NCBI GenBank assembly: GCA_965367815.1 | Contig: CBDUKN010000005.1 | Coordinates: 85,333-149,332 of the forward strand | Direction: 5' to 3' | Source: an uncultured Thermoprotei archaeon | GTDB lineage: Archaea > Thermoproteota > Thermoprotei > Thermofilales > B15-G2 | DNA: 64,000 nucleotides | Shown: in pieces, positions 18,810-27,786 of the stretch | Layout: every line of letters starts with the position of its first letter | How positions within the stretch are numbered: position 1 is the first letter of the stretch | Notes under the pieces: generated by a model | What the model was told of the DNA's origin: nothing | The model's database searches: none | Seen by the model: only the letters and a program-made list of their open reading frames with translations | Translations under genes and position numbers: made by a program

Positions 18810-20143
18810 AAGAGTGTTTTTGTGAAGTTTACTTCTTTTACTAGAACATAGGGTGTTTTCGAGGGCAGTGGTGTTTCCCACCAGTAAACATGATAGAGTT
18901 TTTTAGTGAGCCCTACAATATTCTGTAGGATTCTAGGAAACGTATCCGCTATTCTTAGTCCTCTAACAGCGTACTTTATCTCACCGTTCTCGATCAAGAA
19001 TACGCCATCTCTACATACTGTCGAGAATACTCCTTCTCTGATATTCTGGTACCTAGTATACCAATTGTTTGAAACATAGATTCCTTTCTTTACTTCACGG
19101 AATATTTCCTCCTCGTTGTAGTCTCCTGGAAGGACTTTGAGTACTCGCGGCGAAGGCGAAATCCAGCCCGCGTTTCCAGTAGACTTTGTCTTGAAAGCTT
19201 TGGCAGTCATAGTATTGTGTAGAAGAGACTTCAGTACACCCCTTTCTATAACAGTAGTGTTCTGTGTTGGCACACCTTCGTCGTCGAAACTTCTAGCACC
19301 TACTGTTTTAGGCTCTCTTCCGGCGTCTACAATAGTGATAGATTCTGAGCCTACTTTCTGGCCGAGTTTATTTGTAAGGAAAGATGTTTTCATAAGAATA
19401 TCTAGCGCTGAAGCAGCTCCTAGAACACTGCCTAGAAGATCTGCGGCTACTAGAGGATCTAGCACTGCGTCATACCTGCCAGCCTCTATTTCTCCTACTT
19501 TTGTGGCTTCTTTAGCTATTCTTCCAGCCTTTTCTCCAGCTTCGCTAGGATTGAAGTCAGATATGTTTGTTGCACAAGATACTCCAGTACCAGAGTACTC
19601 TCCGTCAACGAATGCTCTAACAGTAATGTCTATCGACGAGTGTTTCTCCGAGGCTTCTACACCGGCAGAAGTTACAAGTACTCTAGTAGAGTCTCTTAAA
19701 GTGAGTTGACCAGCACACCTTTTAGCTCCATTGGCAAGTGCGGCTGAAATAGCTTCATCTACGAAGTCTGCTATTTTCTCACTCGACTCTATTACTCTCT
19801 TATCGTATGCTCCCTCTATAGGCGTGTACTCAAAGGGTCCTTGAGGAAGCGGAGTGTAGAAGGGGTTTTCTTTAGCGTATTTGGCTATACTGATGAGTTT
19901 TTCTACAAGCGCCTCTACTCTACTTAAGTCAAGAGTACTTCCCACTACAACTCTTTTATTATAGCCTATTCTTACGCGGACACCTGCTTCATTCCAGTGC
20001 TTAATAATAGTTATTTGATTGTTAGCGAAGCGCGCCATATAGCTTTCAGCTGAGCCGACTATAACGGCTGCATCACTAGCACCTAGTTTAAGTGCATAGT
20101 CAACAGCCTTCTTACCTAATTCTTTCATTTCGTCTACTTTCAT
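18806..20143 (-). CDS. pmbA: TldD/PmbA family protein, PmbA/TldE-type subunit
   Basis: RFANNQI, FDDEGVPT, STGNAG; lacks HExxGH. Confidence 0.85.
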   Translation of the reverse strand: MKVDEMKELGKKAVDYALKLGASDAAVIVGSAESYMARFANNQITIIKHWNEAGVRVRIGYNKRVVVGSTLDLSRVEALVEKLISIAKYAKENPFYTPLPQGPFEYTPIEGAYDKRVIESSEKIADFVDEAISAALANGAKRCAGQLTLRDSTRVLVTSAGVEASEKHSSIDITVRAFVDGEYSGTGVSCATNISDFNPSEAGEKAGRIAKEATKVGEIEAGRYDAVLDPLVAADLLGSVLGAASALDILMKTSFLTNKLGQKVGSESITIVDAGREPKTVGARSFDDEGVPTQNTTVIERGVLKSLLHNTMTAKAFKTKSTGNAGWISPSPRVLKVLPGDYNEEEIFREVKKGIYVSNNWYTRYQNIREGVFSTVCRDGVFLIENGEIKYAVRGLRIADTFPRILQNIVGLTKKLYHVYWWETPLPSKTPYVLVKEVNFTKTLF

Positions 20144-21597
20144 AACATCACCTTTCCGGGAGAACTGGACTTAGGGGGAGCTACACTAAGCTTAACGTTT
20201 CTTAAAAGAACATGGGGTCCTCCAGCCCATACAGGGACTCCTTGCATAGGATTGCCTTTACCGCATGTTGCTGCAAAGAACTCTACTTCTTTGCCTACGG
20301 CCTCTACTTTAGAATAAAAGCCTTTTGTAGTAAACTCTATGAAGGGGTTGCGTACAGGGTACTTTATTTCGCCGTTTACAATATAGTAGGCTTCGAGTCC
20401 ACCGTAACGCTGGAACCACCTTCTATCACATATGTTCCACTCAGCAAAGCTCTTAATATACACTCCTTTCTTGACTTCTTTCAGCATTTCTTCGAAGCTC
20501 CAGTCACCTGGAGCCATGTAGGTATTAGCCATCCTTATTATAGGTTCTCTATCGAACTGTGAAGCCCTCGCAGCAGCGTTGCTTTTTGTTCCAAGTAGTG
20601 AAGCGAACTCTCTGTTCATCAGGAATTCGTTTATTATGCCGTTTTTGAAGAGGTATCGTGGTCTAGCTTTTACTCCCTCGTCGTCGTATAAGTAAAATCC
20701 ATAACTATTAGGTATAGTTGGGTCGTCGATTATAGTCACTTTATCTGATCCTATGCGCTCACCCAGCATTTCTAGCTTCATGTAGCTTTCACCTGCTTCT
20801 GCTCCTTCTCTACCCCATATTCTATCTAGCTCAGATGGGTGTCCACAGGACTCGTGTACTATTATTCCCACGAGCTCAGGGCCGAGTATTACGTCTACCG
20901 GCTCTTTTGGCGGAGCCTTTCCTTCTTCAAGAACTTTAGCTAGAACTTTTGCCTCTGATACAGTTCTATCGAGGATATTCCAGCGCTTGAAGTTTTCCCA
21001 GCCACCGCTTTCTCCGAGCTGCAGCCACCTCATGAGAGTCCCCTTACCAGGCATGTTGGCTATTATTAAGAAGAAGTATGATACTCTAGGGATTTTAGAT
21101 GATATTAAGGCTCCATCACTATTACACACTATTTTCTCAGTGTAAGACGTAAAGATACGTAGGCTTCTTGTAGGAAGATTTATTTTAGTTTCAAGGAGAG
21201 CTTTATCTACTTTCATTAATTCTTTAAGTTTTTCTTCGAGCGAAATCTCTGCGGGATTCTCTTTAACATATAGCATGTAAGAGACTCTGTGAGCTTCTTC
21301 ACTAGACAGATTCATTTCAGTTTTTCTCATTTTTTCGCTAATAACAGCTTCACGGTAAGCTTTTTCTACGGAGTCTCTTATACTATCTCTAGTCAACGTG
21401 TTAGTTGCAGAAAACCCTAATCCTTTTTTCGTAAAAACTCTCACACTTATTCCTGCTGACGAAGAATACCCCATACTAAGAGGAACGCCGTTTACCAACG
21501 AAACATGGTCGCTTAAATCTCTCTGGTATCTCGCTTCAGCGTAAGTTGCGCCCAATTTTAGTGCATAGTCAACGGCATACTGTAGAAGATCTTCCAT
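20140..21597 (-). CDS. tldD: TldD metalloprotease
   Basis: HESCGHPSE, YDDEG, RMANTY, CGKG.P.Q...V..GGP. Confidence 0.9.
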   Translation of the reverse strand: MEDLLQYAVDYALKLGATYAEARYQRDLSDHVSLVNGVPLSMGYSSSAGISVRVFTKKGLGFSATNTLTRDSIRDSVEKAYREAVISEKMRKTEMNLSSEEAHRVSYMLYVKENPAEISLEEKLKELMKVDKALLETKINLPTRSLRIFTSYTEKIVCNSDGALISSKIPRVSYFFLIIANMPGKGTLMRWLQLGESGGWENFKRWNILDRTVSEAKVLAKVLEEGKAPPKEPVDVILGPELVGIIVHESCGHPSELDRIWGREGAEAGESYMKLEMLGERIGSDKVTIIDDPTIPNSYGFYLYDDEGVKARPRYLFKNGIINEFLMNREFASLLGTKSNAAARASQFDREPIIRMANTYMAPGDWSFEEMLKEVKKGVYIKSFAEWNICDRRWFQRYGGLEAYYIVNGEIKYPVRNPFIEFTTKGFYSKVEAVGKEVEFFAATCGKGNPMQGVPVWAGGPHVLLRNVKLSVAPPKSSSPGKVML

Positions 21598-21700
21598 ACA
21601 AGATATTTGAGCGAACTTAGCTTATAAAATATGTGGGCGCTCGCTCGAGGACACTGCTAATCTTTAAATACTCTCCGAGAGTTTCACTACCGGCGAGTAT

Positions 21701-23533
21701 ATGAGAATAGTACTACTTCACAGCGATTTTATTGAATTTGAGCCTAAAATTAAAGCTATTGAAGAAGCAGAAAAAGTACCTAAAGAGAGGAAGAGAGTCG
21801 AAGAAGCGTTAGTCGTGTTCACTACGATCGAAAAAGGTGATAACGAAGAAATAGTGAAAAAAGCGGCTGAAGACATAATCGATGTACTTAACAAAGTAAA
21901 AGCCCCGCGAGTAGTTCTTTATCCTTGGGCTCACTTGAGCAGTAATTTAGCGCCGCCGGATGCAGCTTTAGCTTTAATGAAAAACCTCGAAAACGAGTTA
22001 AAGGGTAGAGGAATAGAAGTAGTTAGAGCTCCTTTCGGCTGGTACAAGGCTTTTACTATTTCTGTTAAAGGACATCCCTTAGCAGAGCTTTCAAGAACTA
22101 TTAGCTTAGAGGAAGAGAAAAAGGAGACGGTAAAGCGCGGAGAAAAAAAGCACTTAATACTTACACCTGAAGGAGAAGAGCTTGACCCCGAGAAAGCAGA
22201 TTTATCGAAGTTTAACGAAGAGTTCCGAATTCTAGTCGAAAAAGAGGCTCTTAAAAAAGAGCTCAAAGGAGGAAAACCTGTTATCCTAGAGTATCTGCAG
22301 AGATTTGGCTTCGAGTGGGAACCCTACAGCGATTTCGGACACATGCGCATGGGACCCTATGCTACACTCATATTCGATTTAGCTGCAGAGTACTCTCGCA
22401 GAGTAGCTCACAGCCTACCTATACCAGTATTCGAAGTAAAGGGAACTGCTTTCTTTAATCTTAAAGTAAAGCCTGTAAGAGAGCACGCCGAGCTCTACGG
22501 CGATAGGCTATACGTTATTAAGACAGATAGAGGGGATATGGTGCTTAGGTACGCTGCATGCCATCAGCAGTTCAGTTTAATTAAGGACTGGACACTGTCT
22601 TACAAAGATCTTCCCTTCGGAGCATTCGAAATAGCGGACTCTTATCGATATGAGCAGAGCGGTGAAGCAGAACTCTGTTTCAGACTAAGAAGATTCTACA
22701 TGCCAGACTTACACATCTTCGTGAAAGACGAAGAGGAAGCAAAGAAGTGGGTCATGGTTATCCACGATAAAATAATGAGTGAAATGAGCAAAGTAGGTAG
22801 AAACTACGAGCTGCTGGTCAACGTATCAAGCCCCGAGCAGTACGAGAAATATAAGAGCTTTATTATCGAGCTTGCAAAGAAGATAGGCAAATCCGTTTTA
22901 GTCGCAGTATACCCGCCGGGAATAAACTATTACTGGACAATTAACATAGAGTACCACATACTAGATCAGCTCAAAAGGCCGAGAGAAGTAGGAACAGTTC
23001 AGATAGACATAGGTAACGCGAAGAGATTTGGCATAAAGTACATGGACAAAGACGGAACAGAAAAGTACCCAGTAATACTTCACACAGCAATAATAGGGAG
23101 TCTTGAACGCTACATATACGCGTTGTTCGACACAGCACTAATGAAAAAGAAGCCCGTGTTACCGCTCTGGATAAGCCCTGTTCAAGTAAGAGTAATTCCC
23201 GTAAGCAAAGAATACATGCCTTACGCTGAGCAGATAGCTGAAAAACTTTCCTCAGCAGGATACCGCGTAGACATAGACGATACCGACAGACCGCTGGGTA
23301 GAAAAATAGTTGACGCGGAGAGAGAGTGGGTTCCATATATTATTGTAGTAGGAGAAAAAGAAGTTAAAGAAAATGTAGTGAACGTAAGAATAAGAGAAAC
23401 AGAAGAACAGAAAACAATGAAATTAGAAGAGCTAGTAAGTATGCTAGACGAGAAAATAAACGGCTATCCAAAGAAACCCTACGGCATACCAAGATATCTC
23501 TCTAAGAGACCCGGATTCCTGAAGCTAAGCTAA
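21701..23533 (+). CDS. thrS: Threonine--tRNA ligase, archaeal type with N-terminal editing domain
   Basis: LLHSDFIEF; YPWAHLSS.LA; RAPFGWYKAF.I..KGHPLAELSR; RYEQSGE; PVILH...GSLER. Confidence 0.97.
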   Translation: MRIVLLHSDFIEFEPKIKAIEEAEKVPKERKRVEEALVVFTTIEKGDNEEIVKKAAEDIIDVLNKVKAPRVVLYPWAHLSSNLAPPDAALALMKNLENELKGRGIEVVRAPFGWYKAFTISVKGHPLAELSRTISLEEEKKETVKRGEKKHLILTPEGEELDPEKADLSKFNEEFRILVEKEALKKELKGGKPVILEYLQRFGFEWEPYSDFGHMRMGPYATLIFDLAAEYSRRVAHSLPIPVFEVKGTAFFNLKVKPVREHAELYGDRLYVIKTDRGDMVLRYAACHQQFSLIKDWTLSYKDLPFGAFEIADSYRYEQSGEAELCFRLRRFYMPDLHIFVKDEEEAKKWVMVIHDKIMSEMSKVGRNYELLVNVSSPEQYEKYKSFIIELAKKIGKSVLVAVYPPGINYYWTINIEYHILDQLKRPREVGTVQIDIGNAKRFGIKYMDKDGTEKYPVILHTAIIGSLERYIYALFDTALMKKKPVLPLWISPVQVRVIPVSKEYMPYAEQIAEKLSSAGYRVDIDDTDRPLGRKIVDAEREWVPYIIVVGEKEVKENVVNVRIRETEEQKTMKLEELVSMLDEKINGYPKKPYGIPRYLSKRPGFLKLS

Positions 23534-23586
23534 AATCTAGGTACTATTTTAAAGAAGTTTCTAGGTAAATTATCTGGGTTTAGTTA

Positions 23587-24168
23587 ATGTACTCTTTCGT
23601 CTATAAAATTAAGCCCGAAGACAATGTAGCTACAGCTCTAGTTGAGCTAAAAAGAGGTCATGTTTATAGAATATTTGAAGAAGGAAGAGGTTTCATAGGA
23701 GAAATAAAAGCTGCAACAAAAGTCCCACAGTGGTATAAAATCGCGTTAACAGAAATACCCGAAGAAACTCCTGTAATTAAGTTCGGCTACCCTATAGGTC
23801 TAGCTACAATAGATATTGAGCCCGGAACCGTAGTTCATTTAACAAACATAATTCTAAGCCCTGATCTTGTTTTCGAAGAACTTGTTGAAAAAGGATTTAC
23901 TTTAGGAAAAGCTCTCGTCAATATAGATAAAGGAGACAGTGTTAGAGTAGGCAAAAACTTTAAACCAACGCATCCTGTCCTCAAGGAGCTACCTACTGGA
24001 ACAAAAATAGGATATGCTGCTAAACGAATTCTAGCAGATGAAATAGTTAGACTAGGAAATCTCACAGAACTGCCACACAAGCTTGGCTGGAACGAAAAGT
24101 ACCGCAATTTAGTCAAAGAATTCTACAAGTTTCTGAACACAGGTGTAATAAGTATGAGTAGGGTGTAG
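23587..24168 (+). CDS. UxaA/altronate dehydratase N-terminal SAF-domain protein with a duplicated SAF domain
   Basis: DNVATAL...KIAL..I....PVIKFG.PIG.A..DI.PG..VH..N, followed by a second SAF-like repeat. Confidence 0.75.
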   Translation: MYSFVYKIKPEDNVATALVELKRGHVYRIFEEGRGFIGEIKAATKVPQWYKIALTEIPEETPVIKFGYPIGLATIDIEPGTVVHLTNIILSPDLVFEELVEKGFTLGKALVNIDKGDSVRVGKNFKPTHPVLKELPTGTKIGYAAKRILADEIVRLGNLTELPHKLGWNEKYRNLVKEFYKFLNTGVISMSRV

Positions 24169-24171
24169 TGT

Positions 24172-25428
24172 ATGGAGAAGTGTTTAGCTTACTACAGGAA
24201 AAAACGCAGAGTATACGGCGTCAGAAACCATGTTCTAATAATCCCTACGACTTTCTGCGTAAACAATGTTGCCTATCAGATATGGTCTTTCTTCGCTGAA
24301 GAACGCTGGGGAGACTATGAAGAAAATAGAGTAGTTCTAGCGCTCCACGACGCAGGCTGCTGTCATGTAGGCTTTGACAGAGAAATAGCTTTCAGAACAT
24401 TTCTCGGAGTAGCCTCAAATCCAAATGTGTATGGAGTACTACTCGTAAGCCTAGGCTGTGGTCAATTCTGTAAACCTCCGCTCAAGCCAGGAGAAGACAA
24501 GAAAACTAATTTAATGAACTTTAAGCTCTACGATAGATTAGTTAAGCGCGGAGTACCCGTAAAATGGGTTAATGTACAGGAAGTAGGATTCAGCAGAGCA
24601 GTCGAAATAGGAGTAAAGCACGTAGAGGCAATGGTTAAAGAAGCACGCAAACTCGAGAGAACAGGGTGTCCTTTAAGCAAAATAGTTATAGGAGTAGGCA
24701 ATGGCGCAAGTGACCCTACTTCAGGGCTTTTTGCGAACCCGGCTGTAGGCTACCTAGTAGACTACTTTATAGAAAAGGGTGGAACAGTAGTCTTCACTCA
24801 GTCTACGGAAGTACTAGGAGCCGAAGAATATCTTTTCTCGAAGGTCAAGAGGGAAAAAACTAGACTCAAGCTCAAAAGGCTTCTAGAAACACTGATAGTA
24901 TTCAAAGAAGGTCTAGAAGAATACTTAGGTATTTCCGATCCAACTCCAGGAAATATTGAAAGTGGAATCTCTACTCTAGCCGAAAAATCTCTCGGTACAG
25001 TACTCAAAATAGGGCACAGTAAAGACATTGAGATAAAAGATGTTCTATCATACGCGGAGAAAATACCTAGAAACGGAGGACTATACTTTATGGATGGTCC
25101 AGGAGAAGACCTGTTAGCTATAACAGGAATGGTGGCTGGAGGAGCACAAGCAGTAATATTCACTACAGGTCTAGGAACACCAATAGGTAGTGTTGTCGCT
25201 CCCGTTATAAAAGTGACAGCGAACAAGGAAACGTATACAAAACTAAACGAAATCATAGACGTATACATTCCAGTAGAAAAATTATTCGAGGAAAGTAAGT
25301 CTCTTCAAGAAATAGCGATTGATGTTCTATGGGATTATCTTTTAAGAGTATTGTCTGGTGAACCAGTTAAAGCAGAGAAAAGAGGACAAATGGATTTTGG
25401 TGTAAGAGAATACTGGATGAAAATGTAG
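24172..25428 (+). CDS. UxaA family dehydratase, large subunit
   Basis: GVRNHV, NPNV.G.L.VSLGC, SD.TSG..ANPAVG, PTPGN...GISTL.EKSLG, FTTG.GTP.G....PVIK. Confidence 0.9.
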   Translation: MEKCLAYYRKKRRVYGVRNHVLIIPTTFCVNNVAYQIWSFFAEERWGDYEENRVVLALHDAGCCHVGFDREIAFRTFLGVASNPNVYGVLLVSLGCGQFCKPPLKPGEDKKTNLMNFKLYDRLVKRGVPVKWVNVQEVGFSRAVEIGVKHVEAMVKEARKLERTGCPLSKIVIGVGNGASDPTSGLFANPAVGYLVDYFIEKGGTVVFTQSTEVLGAEEYLFSKVKREKTRLKLKRLLETLIVFKEGLEEYLGISDPTPGNIESGISTLAEKSLGTVLKIGHSKDIEIKDVLSYAEKIPRNGGLYFMDGPGEDLLAITGMVAGGAQAVIFTTGLGTPIGSVVAPVIKVTANKETYTKLNEIIDVYIPVEKLFEESKSLQEIAIDVLWDYLLRVLSGEPVKAEKRGQMDFGVREYWMKM

Positions 25429-25611
25429 CTAGTGTCCTAGAAGTTTCTTTAAGTAAACTTTAACGGCTTTTGCGTTAAGGTATATATGAAGTATAGCTGG
25501 TATAAGCATTAGTATTAAAGACAGAGTATGGATATTTACTAAAGCTGTCTTACCGGCGGCTCCTTTTCCTCGTGGAGCAAATATTAGCATTACTCCTGTA
25601 ATTGCCCCACT
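25429..25611 (-). pseudogene. 5'-truncated DUF4405-like (heme-b-type His pair) membrane protein remnant
   Basis: Minus frame reads SGAITGVMLIFAPRG...VNIHTLSLILMLIPAILHIYLNAKAVKVYLKK; first TM helix missing; internal ATG at 25590. Confidence 0.5.
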
Positions 25612-25703
25612 TCTCGACCTTCGTAAACAATAGTAATTTTAGGATTTTTACTGCCTCTAGTGCCGTCGAGAAAAACTTTACTTAAATCAACTTTTTAAAA
25701 CAC

Positions 25704-25919
25704 CTATTTCTTCTCCTTTTTATAGATAATAGTGTATTGAGCCTCATCTTCGCTGCAAGAAGTCTTTTCTTTTATTGTACACTTGGGCAGTATATTTGAA
25801 ATAAACTTTTTTAGTTCTCCGCTTACTTCAAGAGCTTCTTCTAAGCGACTGTTCCACCAAAAGTAAAGTAAGGTAGCGCTAATGGCTATTGCTATAAAAG
25901 CTACTAGAAATATTTTCAT
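25704..25919 (-). CDS. Small single-TM hypothetical protein
   Basis: MKIFLVAFIAIAISATLLYFWW signal-anchor segment. Confidence 0.4.
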   Translation of the reverse strand: MKIFLVAFIAIAISATLLYFWWNSRLEEALEVSGELKKFISNILPKCTIKEKTSCSEDEAQYTIIYKKEKK

Positions 25920-26025
25920 CGAGAGAAAGCATATCAAAATGAAAATACATCTTTCTCACTTTTTGTGAGTTTAAGAAATATTATTTATCGCAAATTTAAT
26001 TAAATTTTGAGGAGTAGTAAATAAC

Positions 26026-26143
26026 GCCCCCGTAGCTTAGTGGCCTAGAGCGCCCGCGTGGTAAAGTATCTCTATATAGAGCGGGTGGACCCGGGTTCGA
26101 ATCTCGCGTAAAAAAGCGGGCGAGAGTCCCGGCGGGGGCTCCA
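26026..26143 (+). tRNA. tRNA-Thr(GGT) with two introns (37/38: ~26064-26079; 59/60: 26102-26126) and encoded CCA
   Basis: Acceptor GCCCCCG/CGGGGGC + T + CCA; D stem GCTT/GAGC; anticodon stem CCCGC/GCGGG with GGT at 26060-26062; T stem CCGGG/CCCGG; strict BHB at the T-loop intron. Confidence 0.92.
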
Positions 26144-26146
26144 GTT

Positions 26147-26965
26147 TTACACTGGCGTTAATAGCCTTAAGGAAGGTTTTCTTGAGACAAATTCGCAGTA
26201 TTCATCGCCTTTACAGAGACATTTTACTTCAGTTAAGGAAATTCTTTCGCTTAAGATATGTGAAAGGAAGCCCGCTAGTATTCCTCTCAGATAGTGACTT
26301 CTAGGACCTTCTCCTTTGCCCCTGAAAGGTCTGCATTCAAAACTGTCATAGAGCCTGAATCTTATCCTTTTCTTCTTTTCGTCGAACTCTAGTATCTCAT
26401 AATTTTTGACCCAGTTTAGTACTTTGAAGACTTCAAGTCCTAGAATAAATAAATCTATGCCTGATACTCTTGCGAATTTCTCCCATTTTTCTCCCATATG
26501 GTATCCTGCTCTAAAGCCTAGCTGGTACATAAATGCTTGACCTGCGACACCAAAGTACTGGTCTAAAGCTTTATATAGCTCACTAAGCCATTCGTCTCTT
26601 TCAAGTATAGCTTCTCCGCCAAGAGTTGAAATAGATACATTGAATGAAGGTACAAGTATTTTTCCTATTTCTTTAATTCCGTGTTCTATGCCGTAGACTA
26701 CGTCGAGTGAGGACATTTCTTCAACTATTTTCTCAAAATTTTCTTTAACTTCAGTTATATCTAGTTGAGAAATCCAGTAAGCATACTCTTTTTCAAGAGG
26801 AGCTTCAATAACTCCGCTCAAGATGTTTATTTTATATTTAGCTAGAATCTGAACGATTTTCGAGAGAGCTCCAGGTTTATTGGCTAGTTTAACGGCTATG
26901 AATGTTATTTTTCTTCCTTTCTTCTTTTCGACGATGAAAGGATACGCCATACTATAGCTGGTCAC
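26147..26965 (-). CDS. ACT + V4R domain protein
   Basis: ANKPGALSKIVQILAKYKINILS (ACT); SFEC...SHYLRGILAG...EVKC..KGD..CEF (V4R). Confidence 0.85.
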   Translation of the reverse strand: MTSYSMAYPFIVEKKKGRKITFIAVKLANKPGALSKIVQILAKYKINILSGVIEAPLEKEYAYWISQLDITEVKENFEKIVEEMSSLDVVYGIEHGIKEIGKILVPSFNVSISTLGGEAILERDEWLSELYKALDQYFGVAGQAFMYQLGFRAGYHMGEKWEKFARVSGIDLFILGLEVFKVLNWVKNYEILEFDEKKKRIRFRLYDSFECRPFRGKGEGPRSHYLRGILAGFLSHILSERISLTEVKCLCKGDEYCEFVSRKPSLRLLTPV

Positions 26966-27209
26966 GGTAGCCCCTTTAAATACTGTATGAAATTATATAT
27001 GTTTATTTTTACGACAAACGAGAGGGCAGAAACCTTTATTAGGTTAGTTTAGTAGAGCCTAGCACAAGTCTAAGATGAAATATTTGATGATTCTAAGAGG
27101 TTATTGAAGCCTGTGGAATTGTGGTCACCTTAATCTGTCCTAAACCACCATGAGTTACTCTCGAGAGGCAAACAGTAGAATTTATTATTCTCTACATATA
27201 ACTAGTTTT

Positions 27210-27638
27210 ATGTTAGATGTAAGAGTAGTTGAAGAAAGTTTTAGCTCACATAAAAGAATAGAGATATTGGACTTTACTTCAAAGCTAGAGGAAGTTGTTA
27301 GAAAGTATGGTCTTAAAGAAGGAATAGTAATGGTATTCCTGCCTCATGCTACAGCAGCAGTTACAGCAAATGAAAATGAACCGGGTCTCATAGGAGACAT
27401 CAAAGATGTTTTAACGAAAATAGCTCCGCCAGACGGATCTTTCCGCCATAATCTTATTGACGACAATGCACATGCGCATATACTTTCAGCTATAATGAAA
27501 GCATTTTATATTTTCCCTGTAAAGGAAGGAAGAGTCATTAGAGGCACCTGGCAAAACCTCTTTATAGTAGAGCTCGACGGGCCGAGGCACTACAGGAAAA
27601 TAGTCTACGTACTACTAGGAAAATTCAGAAAAACTTAA
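27210..27638 (+). CDS. yjbQ: YjbQ/UPF0047 family protein
   Basis: PHATAA..ANENE; DNAHAHI; GTWQ....ELDGPR. Confidence 0.92.
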   Translation: MLDVRVVEESFSSHKRIEILDFTSKLEEVVRKYGLKEGIVMVFLPHATAAVTANENEPGLIGDIKDVLTKIAPPDGSFRHNLIDDNAHAHILSAIMKAFYIFPVKEGRVIRGTWQNLFIVELDGPRHYRKIVYVLLGKFRKT

Positions 27639-27661
27639 GAAACTAGCAGAAATAATTACTA

Positions 27662-27727
27662 TAGGGATGATTGCTTTTCGGGGAGCCTGAGGGCTTCCGA
27701 TGAGGTAGCCCTTATCCCGCTGACCTT
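27662..27727 (+). ncRNA. Box C/D-like sRNA candidate
   Basis: C GGGATGA 27664-70, D' CTGA 27687-90, C' CCGATGA 27697-703, D CTGA 27720-23; AGG/CCT ends; TATA-like sequence ~25 nt upstream. Confidence 0.65.
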
Positions 27728-27786
27728 AAATAGGTTATTTTGTTTTCCCAAAGATCTTAAATACTGGGATAGCAAATATAATAGTG

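Noticed and set aside
27084-27137. Possible additional C/D sRNA (TTGATGA...TTGA...CTGT)
   Set aside because: No proper D box, weak C' box and no recognisable target
27662-27727. Hammerhead ribozyme or fluoride riboswitch
   Set aside because: A three-way fold is possible, but the CUGAUGA/GAAA core and the crcB pseudoknot consensus are absent
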